Position numbers and translations under genes: made by a program
IMG/VR virus record: IMGVR_UViG_3300023174_005338
Location: 186,001 to 250,000 of that record
DNA: 64,000 bases
Strand: one strand, 5' to 3'
In this document: in pieces, positions 54,160 through 62,100 of the stretch
Numbering within the stretch: the stretch's first letter is position 1
Layout of the letters: the number at the start of each line of letters is the position of its first letter
Notes under the pieces: generated by a model
The model's database searches: none
What the model was told of the DNA's origin: nothing
Seen by the model: only the letters and a program-made list of their open reading frames with translations

Positions 54160-54877
54160 TTGTCCACTCCTTGATGTGATAGTGCACCATGCCCCATTGA
54201 GACACAGTATTAATTCTAAATGGGTCGTTTTCCCATATTAGTTCTTTTGTCCAGTCGTCTCGTTGTATAGGATTGATATGGCGTTTCATGTGTACTATAG
54301 TTGGGCCTAATCCTGCGGGCAAGGTCACTCGTTCTGGACCCATGATGACAGCGGCCATGGCATATACTACGTCAGTTGTTGGCAACTCATCTGGAAATTT
54401 TAAAATCTTCTTGTAACTATCCCACTGTTCAAATATTTGTCGCACCAAATCAAAAAATTCTTTGGCAGTTGCACTGAGTCTCCAATAAGTGATGGCATTA
54501 TATACATCAGGCAACTGATTTTGATCAAAGATTTTTCTATACGATCTTGACTCGGCAGGTTGATCATAGAATGTTCTGGCGCCTTGACTCACAACCACAT
54601 CGCGATGCTCAAACAAAGTCCACCAGTGATCTATTGGACTGGCACAAATCATGTCCGCTTCTAGTTTAATAGTTTGCCTGTAAGGACTTATTGCAAAACA
54701 TTGCCAGTCATTGGCAAAGCCACCTTGATCACCATAGGGCAACATGTCTGCTGTGACAATGGTCACATTGGCCGCAGGATGGAGTTTGATAATACTGTCT
54801 TTGAGTTGTTTAGCACAGCGTTCGTATTCTGTGCCAATGGCTGGAATCACATAGCCACGTTCATGAGTGATTGGCAA
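54134..54877 (-). CDS. GT8-like glycosyltransferase-fold protein
   Basis: SPYRQTIKLEADM, YNAITYW, IVHMK. Confidence 0.5.
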   Translation of the reverse strand: MPITHERGYVIPAIGTEYERCAKQLKDSIIKLHPAANVTIVTADMLPYGDQGGFANDWQCFAISPYRQTIKLEADMICASPIDHWWTLFEHRDVVVSQGARTFYDQPAESRSYRKIFDQNQLPDVYNAITYWRLSATAKEFFDLVRQIFEQWDSYKKILKFPDELPTTDVVYAMAAVIMGPERVTLPAGLGPTIVHMKRHINPIQRDDWTKELIWENDPFRINTVSQWGMVHYHIKEWTNEQRPRQI

Positions 54878-55616
54878 CGATGTCTCCTAATTGGCTCTTG
54901 CCCATGGCATGGAAATCTTGAGTCAGCTCAATCCACCGAGCACGTCCTTCGCTGTTTACAAAATCCACACGATACTGATCTTGTGATAATAGTGTAAGTT
55001 GGTGTTCGGGAGTCAGTGTAGCCAGTCGCCAAGGTATATCGGGATGATCTAGAGTGTGCCCATTTACGATCAGCAAGGCGATACTGAGTGCGTGATCGTT
55101 TCTGTATGTGGGTGTGTTATTTTTGTAAATGTTTCGGTAGTGAGTCCAATTGTCTCGTATCATGGCCATGGCGTCAAATATTAATTCTGCCTGGCGACAC
55201 TTGTTGAAGATCATGACAGTGGCCCACCACATGGGCATACGCACACCGCCAAAATAATTAAGGCCTTGAAAGTTGTTGCATCCAGTGACATCATAGGCCC
55301 AGCGGTGTGCTACAAAGTCTTGACCCGAATCTAACACACTGCGCAGTTGATCACTTGCAACCACATAGTCAGCATCCAACACCAGAGTACGGTCCCAGGG
55401 TGTGAGTCTGTACGCATCCATCCTATTGGTGTTGTGCCAGGCCACCGTGCCCACATCTGAGAAATGCCTTGACCCCGAATCTGTCCTGGAATCATCGGTT
55501 ACTATGTGTGTGGGTATGCCTAGATGTCGTTCTATGTTCTTGGCACTCCAACAGGCCATGGCCTTGTAATCAATCTGATCATTGTTGCGAGCAAATATCA
55601 ACGCACCTGTAGTCAT
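54861..55616 (-). CDS. GT8-like glycosyltransferase-fold protein
   Basis: TPWDRTLVLDADY (DxD), WATVMIF, RNDHALSIA. Confidence 0.55.
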   Translation of the reverse strand: MTTGALIFARNNDQIDYKAMACWSAKNIERHLGIPTHIVTDDSRTDSGSRHFSDVGTVAWHNTNRMDAYRLTPWDRTLVLDADYVVASDQLRSVLDSGQDFVAHRWAYDVTGCNNFQGLNYFGGVRMPMWWATVMIFNKCRQAELIFDAMAMIRDNWTHYRNIYKNNTPTYRNDHALSIALLIVNGHTLDHPDIPWRLATLTPEHQLTLLSQDQYRVDFVNSEGRARWIELTQDFHAMGKSQLGDIVANHS

Positions 55617-55921
55617 CTATTGCGATTGAGTTGTTCGTAATCCGTCAACCAGGCATTGAGTTGTTCTTGCCAGCGTTCTGTTGCCAGGTTCCATAGTTCC
55701 TTGGTATTGACCTTAACAGGATTTTTGTACAGGTCCATCAATACCACTTCCTTATCCATAACACAACAGTTCAAAGTAGAGAGCAGTTCTGGGCCAGCCT
55801 GCCACATGCCGCCAGCATGGGCAAAAGTCAGTTTAGCTTGATATTTTTCACGCAGGGTCTTCCTTGCGGCTTCGTGCTCAAATCTGGCGCGACTGTGAGC
55901 AATTAATTGGTCAGTATCCAT
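55613..55921 (-). CDS. Hypothetical protein
   Basis: ATG 6 nt after an extended -10 (TGtTATAAT) on the minus strand. Confidence 0.65.
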   Translation of the reverse strand: MDTDQLIAHSRARFEHEAARKTLREKYQAKLTFAHAGGMWQAGPELLSTLNCCVMDKEVVLMDLYKNPVKVNTKELWNLATERWQEQLNAWLTDYEQLNRNR

Positions 55922-55953
55922 GCGTTTATTATAACAGAAAAATTAGATAAAAC

Positions 55954-55974
55954 AAAGCCCCTTGCGGGGCTTTT
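55954..55974 (-). terminator. Intrinsic terminator closing the structural operon
   Basis: Minus strand AAAAGCCCC-GCAA-GGGGCTTT-GTTTT. Confidence 0.75.
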
Positions 55975-55990
55975 GGCTAAACAGTTTGGC

Positions 55991-57001
55991 TTAAGCTACA
56001 CTAGCTGCAATAGTGGGTGTGCCCCAGCTGTTGGACAGAAATGTTGTGCTGGGTGGTCGATATGTGACCAAGGTTGTTGGTGCCGTGCCGGTGATGGTGG
56101 TACTGGGGCTGTTGGTGGCTGTGCCGCCAGAAATATTGGCACTTGTTCCTGGACCAGTGGCGCCATCGTCTGTCCAGGTTGTGACTAGGGTCAACACGGT
56201 GCTACTTGTTGCTGTGGCCGTGGTGGTTATGGATTCTGGTTCATAAGGTGCTGCAGTTTGGTTGAGCTGGAATATGGTAATGGGTGAAGTGGTTAGGTTG
56301 TACCAGCCCGTGGTGGTGGCCAGTTGGGATTGGGTGCCACCAGTGCCACCAATCCTGGTGGTGCCAGTGTAGACCTGGCTGGCAATGGTTTGTGAAGCAC
56401 TATTGACACGACCTGACAAAAAGATTGATCCACAAAATCCAGCTAGAGCATTCCAATCGGCATCATGGTCTGTACCGGTACTGGATTTGCCATACTGTAT
56501 GCGTACCAGACCACCGGCGTTCCAGAAATATCTGGCCTGGGCTGCACTGGGGAATGTGATGGTATGAGTGAATGTTATGGTCCAGGCCGCTTGTCCTGAA
56601 CCAGTGGCTGTGGTTTTGCTGGTGGTGCCGGAAAATATTCCGTATTCTGTGCCACTTGCGGCTGCGTTGCCGCGACTAGCAGTAAGATTGAGTAGATCAG
56701 TGTTGAGTGCGGACAAGATGCTGATGGTGTTGCCAGCCACAGGAGCTGTGCGTGCAGTTATGGCCACACCAGTATGATTGCTTGCTGTGGCCAGATTGTT
56801 GACCAAGGTAGCCCATTGTGTGGCAGTTACTGTGTTGCCTGTTGAAGGATTGGCAACCACGGTCTGTCCCCAGCCGCGGTCTGTGGAACCCACATTCCAA
56901 AAGTCATTGAGATTGGCTATAGAGGTGCCGCCCGCGGATGTGGGTCCTACGAAACCGTTGTAGTCTGATGCTTGGATTAGTCCGCCTACTGAATATGTCA
57001 T
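55991..57001 (-). CDS. Putative virion structural protein (Thr/Gly/Ser-rich, tail/baseplate-associated)
   Basis: Composition and position among structural genes; no enzyme motif. Confidence 0.6.
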   Translation of the reverse strand: MTYSVGGLIQASDYNGFVGPTSAGGTSIANLNDFWNVGSTDRGWGQTVVANPSTGNTVTATQWATLVNNLATASNHTGVAITARTAPVAGNTISILSALNTDLLNLTASRGNAAASGTEYGIFSGTTSKTTATGSGQAAWTITFTHTITFPSAAQARYFWNAGGLVRIQYGKSSTGTDHDADWNALAGFCGSIFLSGRVNSASQTIASQVYTGTTRIGGTGGTQSQLATTTGWYNLTTSPITIFQLNQTAAPYEPESITTTATATSSTVLTLVTTWTDDGATGPGTSANISGGTATNSPSTTITGTAPTTLVTYRPPSTTFLSNSWGTPTIAASVA

Positions 57002-57016
57002 TTTCTTTTTCCTAGT

Positions 57017-58297
57017 TTACTTTATGGTCACGATGGCTTCTACTGTGCCAATACCTGTGCTCAATTTATCTTGTAACGATCGGCCAATCACGTTGAACGC
57101 TGTAGCTTCACCAAGCTGTGCTGCGCGGGCTTGACCATTTCCAGCTGCAACCAATCTATCGCCTTTGCATACTTGACCTACAACTTTTACAGGAACTCGT
57201 CCAGTCATTGCAACTGGGGGATGTGTTTCGTCTGAGCCTGCTCCGCTGTTCATCAGGTATGCTGCTTGTGTACTTATGACTCCAAACACTTTTTCGCTTA
57301 AATCGTCGGTAACTAGGGTGATTTCTGCAGAACCGCCCAACTCTACCACAGTTCCTGCGTCGTAAAAAGTGTCGGCTTCAAAACGTTCGGCCATGTCGGC
57401 GTACTGGGCTGTGATTCTAGTGCCACTCACAAATCCATTAGCACCAAATATGGTCAGTGACGGTGTGATGTTACCAGCCACGTTGACACCAAGGTAAAGA
57501 TTACCACCTGCTGTTTGATTTCTAATGGTCACATCGGTACCGCTTACAGTGGCCCTAAGGTCGCTGTTGGCTCCTACGCTGAGCCCGGTGTTGTTCAACA
57601 CCGACAAGGTGCCAGTGGTTGATGTATTGGCGTCTGACCGCATGAATTGGCTGCTGGTTAAACTGTTCAGGGTCTGGGCATTTGTAGCAGTGCCCTGGAA
57701 CAAGGGAACCTGCGAGCCGATCAAAGTGCTGAGTGTGATGCCTGGACGTACTGTTGTGAAACCGCTGATGGCCACCTGTGGAGTAAACGTGGCATCCTTG
57801 CTGATGATACCCACTATGGCATCGTTGACAAAGAGTTCAACAACCACGTGGTCTACGCTGACGTTGTCGGTTATGGTGGCCACGATAGCACCCGAAGTAC
57901 CTTCACCGGCGCTGAACTGTGGACCTACCAACAGAAATGCGGAGCCGGTCCATACTTTTAATTGTTGGTTTACTGTATCATACCAAAGGTCGCCAGTTAC
58001 GTTGCTGGTTGGAGCAGATGATGATGCTGTGGCTGCTGAAATTGTTTTGAATGTGGTACCGTTGTAGACCTTGAGCAGGCTGTTGCCAGAATCCCACCAA
58101 AGTTGCCCTTCCAGGGGTGCACCCGGTGGCGTGGTGTTGCTACCGCTTTCTAACAGACGAATAAAGTCCTGGTTCAAAAACTCACCATAACCAGCATAAT
58201 TTTTACCAACCAGCACCATGGAACTGGCTGTGTTGATAGTACCGTCGGCTATGGTAGCGAATACTGTACCATCTGTTAGTGTGATTGTGTATGACAT
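57017..58297 (-). CDS. Putative tail/baseplate fibre with C-terminal autoproteolytic chaperone-like domain
   Basis: GQLWWDS/GDLWYDT repeats; C-terminal YADMAERF...GVIST...PVAMTGRVPVKV...KGDRLV. Confidence 0.65.
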   Translation of the reverse strand: MSYTITLTDGTVFATIADGTINTASSMVLVGKNYAGYGEFLNQDFIRLLESGSNTTPPGAPLEGQLWWDSGNSLLKVYNGTTFKTISAATASSSAPTSNVTGDLWYDTVNQQLKVWTGSAFLLVGPQFSAGEGTSGAIVATITDNVSVDHVVVELFVNDAIVGIISKDATFTPQVAISGFTTVRPGITLSTLIGSQVPLFQGTATNAQTLNSLTSSQFMRSDANTSTTGTLSVLNNTGLSVGANSDLRATVSGTDVTIRNQTAGGNLYLGVNVAGNITPSLTIFGANGFVSGTRITAQYADMAERFEADTFYDAGTVVELGGSAEITLVTDDLSEKVFGVISTQAAYLMNSGAGSDETHPPVAMTGRVPVKVVGQVCKGDRLVAAGNGQARAAQLGEATAFNVIGRSLQDKLSTGIGTVEAIVTIK

Positions 58298-58344
58298 TTA
58301 TTGCTCCGTGTTCAAGTATTTAGCGTTTCGTAATATGTTCATAT

Positions 58345-58953
58345 TTATGCGGCACTCAAGTTAGTCAAGGTTTGAATGCGCAGGGTATAATCTATCTGTA
58401 TCTGACGATTTAAGCTCTTTTGTACTGGGTGAAAAATCACATGCGTGATCAACAACAGATTACTTGCACTTCCGTTCCAGCACTGCAACCCCAGCTCGTC
58501 AAACACATATTCGCCGTTGAAATTGGTTGAATTGTCAAAGGCCTGTTGTCCTGCGGGTTCACCGTAGTCCAACAAACACGTGGTTATGATATCAGTGTAT
58601 ACTGCTCCAGAAGTGTGCACCACGGTCAAATAGTTGTTGGCTGGATCTGTGTTGGAGGCTGAATTGTCGTCGACCACTTTGCTGTAAGTTTCATTGTACA
58701 GGCTGGCATTTTGCCCAGTGGTGTTGGGTGGCAAATAAGTGATCACACCGGTGGGATCTACAGCGCTACCACCGTTGCCAAAGGCCATTTTGTAGATATA
58801 TCCGATATTTCTGTCAGCTAGAGTATTGGCCATGCAGATGCTGATATTTTCATAGTGTATGGCGTTCTTTTTGTCCACAAACACTTCACCTGAATGGGGA
58901 TCGTAGATTTTCAAAAAGCCTTGTACGTTGGTCAATGTAGGCGTTAGAATCAT
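58345..58953 (-). CDS. Putative virion structural protein
   Basis: Within structural operon; beta-rich; FDELGL, HPVQKSLNR. Confidence 0.55.
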   Translation of the reverse strand: MILTPTLTNVQGFLKIYDPHSGEVFVDKKNAIHYENISICMANTLADRNIGYIYKMAFGNGGSAVDPTGVITYLPPNTTGQNASLYNETYSKVVDDNSASNTDPANNYLTVVHTSGAVYTDIITTCLLDYGEPAGQQAFDNSTNFNGEYVFDELGLQCWNGSASNLLLITHVIFHPVQKSLNRQIQIDYTLRIQTLTNLSAA

Positions 58954-59099
58954 GCTCGTTTCTCCACAAAAACCTGTTGGGTAGCAGGATCAAATATTTT
59001 TACAAAACCCTGCACAGAAATGCTTCCAGTTTCGTTGGGACGCTTGGGAGCAGGTACTGGGTTTGTGTTGATTTGCTCGGTTGCTTTATTTTCATTCAT
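58950..59099 (-). CDS. 49 aa protein resembling the N-terminus of the next gene
   Basis: VQGFVKIFDPATQQVFVEK vs VQGFLKIYDPHSGEVFVDK; ATG follows TAAATA. Confidence 0.6.
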   Translation of the reverse strand: MNENKATEQINTNPVPAPKRPNETGSISVQGFVKIFDPATQQVFVEKRA

Positions 59100-59115
59100 G
59101 CTGTATTTACCTTGA

Positions 59116-62100
59116 TTATAGGCCCCGTAAAAACCTTGCCGCCGCGGTGTTGGTAATCTGCAAGGGTTCACCATTGCTGGCGGTGCCAGCGCCGGGTGCG
59201 TACCAGGTAACACCGCGTCTGACCAGAATCAAAACTTCTACTCCAGAGTCGGGCGGTGTTTCAAAGGTTATTTCCACTGGATCTATTGCATCTATTGTGT
59301 AGGCAGCAACAACAATCACTGTCTCTGCAGATGGAGCCGTGGTAAAAGTCAACGTTGTGTTAACTATGGTATAATCAACATTGATGACTTGTAACCCTCC
59401 ATTTATGGTTACCACCGAATCAACCGTTGCCACAACTCCAGACAACGCAAAAATCTTTGTAGACCCGTCACCTATAAAGTGTTCTGACTGGCTGATTCCG
59501 CCAACAAACACCTGCAGAGCATCTGGTCTCAACGTGCTGTCTTCTTGATCAATGCTGACATCGCTGGCCACAAATGTGGTTGTTGTTCCGTCGCCGGTGA
59601 ATGTATTGCTATCAATATAGTTTTGATAGGCTTCTGGTAAAAGATTACCTCGTCCCAGATTGTAAACCGTGACTCCTAGCACGTGAGCTGTGATGGCCGT
59701 GCCTGCTGTACCACGCAACAGTCCACTGACGGTGTTGTTGCTTGTGTTTCTTTCACGATACATTATGCGCTCGGCATTGATTGTGATCACTCCCCAAACA
59801 TTGTTGGCGAAATCTGGTTCAGGCAAGGCCGTGGCATTGGCCACGTAGATAATGTCATCGGTGATGGTCACAGCGGCTGTTGTGGTTGTGGTAGTTTCTG
59901 GAGTGATACGATAGGTAGCTTGCACTCCACGCATGTCCTGGAATATACGGAAGGCCATGGCTTCCGGAACCACAGTATTGGTAAATTGTGTGATCATGAC
60001 CACATCGTTGACGTTGAGTATGCCCGATGTCAGAATTAATTCTGTTCCGTTGATCACAAATTGCTGATTGTTGAACAGTCGACTACCATTCAATGACACC
60101 CATAATCTGTCAGGATCCGTGATGATCACACCTAGATCCAAACTGTTGGTGGTTGTAGTATTACCTTGAGTATAGTCATAGCTGCCTGGATCTCCAGTGG
60201 TGTTGCCAACGTCAAAGTCCACACTGTCGTAGGGTTCATTGACTACAACGCCTGTGATTACTGGTCCCACAAAGCACTGGGTCAATATAGCTTGTTGCCG
60301 TGGGTCATTCCAGGTTGTCACAGCAATCACGTCACCTAGGCTGGGTTGTAGTCCACTGCCGGCATTGAATACCAGTTGATCACCGTTGACATAACACTGT
60401 ACATTAGTGGTCACATAGATCAGTATTTCAGATCCTATTGCTGGCTCGGTGGCAAATATCACTTCTCTGACTGTGCCGTCGTAGGGTTCCACCACAAAAT
60501 CTGTGCCCAGAGTTTGCGGTATGCTATTGATGTAGACCTTGACTTGATTGTCGGCAATGATGCTTTGATTGAATCCCAAACGATCGGGCAAGGTATAAGC
60601 AGTACTGCCATCGCCCACGTGGCGGATACCGCCGGCAGTTCTGGCACGCACTCCGTTTACTGTGACTATCAGGCATTCAGGATTGGTAAAAATCAAACTG
60701 TTGTCCAAGGTAAAACTGAGTCCAGATCCAATGGCGTTGATTATCTGTGTTTGTGGCGCACTCCAGCTGTAGTTGACCGGGATGTTGCCAACGGCCGTTA
60801 TGGTGGGAGCCAGCACGTACAGCGTGATGCTGTCGGTAAAGGTGTAGGTGGTGCCAAAGGTAACTGTGGTAGCAAATTGTCCAGTGGGTGCATAGGTATA
60901 GTTTGTGGTTATGACCCCATTGACAAAGATCACAAATTCTTGTATTTCTGGTGTAACACCGTCAATTTGATAATAAGCCACTGGCACAGTAACAGAGTTA
61001 CCTATGTCAGCACCATTGTAGACAGCCTTGTAAAGTTGATTGCCCCCGCCTATTTCATAGGCTGTGATCACTATGATATCACCAGCGTTTACATTTCCTC
61101 CAGGAATCATGTTCACAGTGCGATCCACATAGTTCACGGTGTAATCTGTGCCCAGATGTAGATCAATTTGTTGAGTTTGATTTGACACAAACACCAGTGC
61201 GGTATAAGGCTCCACACCTGCAAAACTCAAATTTGGTTCAGTTATATCCAAGGTATATTTGATCTGTGCAGAAGGAAATCCATGTCCCTGTTGCAACCAA
61301 TCGCTGCCAGGGCGTGTGTACACACGCAGATCCAGGGTGTCAAATTCGCTGCCGGGCACCAACTCTTCGGGGGCATGACTACTGTAAGGTCCAACGTAAA
61401 CTCCACCATCAACATTGATATCTGTGGCTCTGGTTCCTAGATACGGGTCCAGATATGCACTGCTGTAGGCCGCATCTAGAATGCCTGGATCATAGGTTGG
61501 ACGACCCACAGCATCAAATGAAATGTTGTCAAATGGATTGATGTCATAATTGCCCACATCAAATCCGGTGTTTTGATTGAAGTCCGGTGCATCAACCTGT
61601 ACTCCAGGGTAATCTACACCATCGATCAACAGTGGCAGACTCAGTCCTGGCATGTTGTCGGTGGGTGTGTAAAATCCCATGGTGCGATCCACTCCACTCA
61701 AACTGTCGGCCTGTACACGAGTCCACTGATCCAAATCAAAGTTTTTATAAAAATTAACCGGAATGTTGTTCAGGGTCGCCAGCGTGGCCTTGTTGAGTTC
61801 AATGACATTTCCATTGATTTCTGCAATTATGGTGTTGTCTGGAATGTTAAATCCGGTGACCAACAACCCTTGAACTAAACCGACTGGGGAAACCACTGTG
61901 ATGGAGAATGATCCTGCTGAGGCTGTGGCTGTGGTGGTCACAGGCGAATTTGTGATTGTTCCATTGGCTTGCCAAACTTGATCAAGATATCTGACCTGTG
62001 TTCCTTCAGCATAACTGGCCACTAGATATGACCACTCAACTATGTCACTGGCGTATTCATAACGATCATACCTGATCGTGGTTTTAATGCTTCTGACTAG

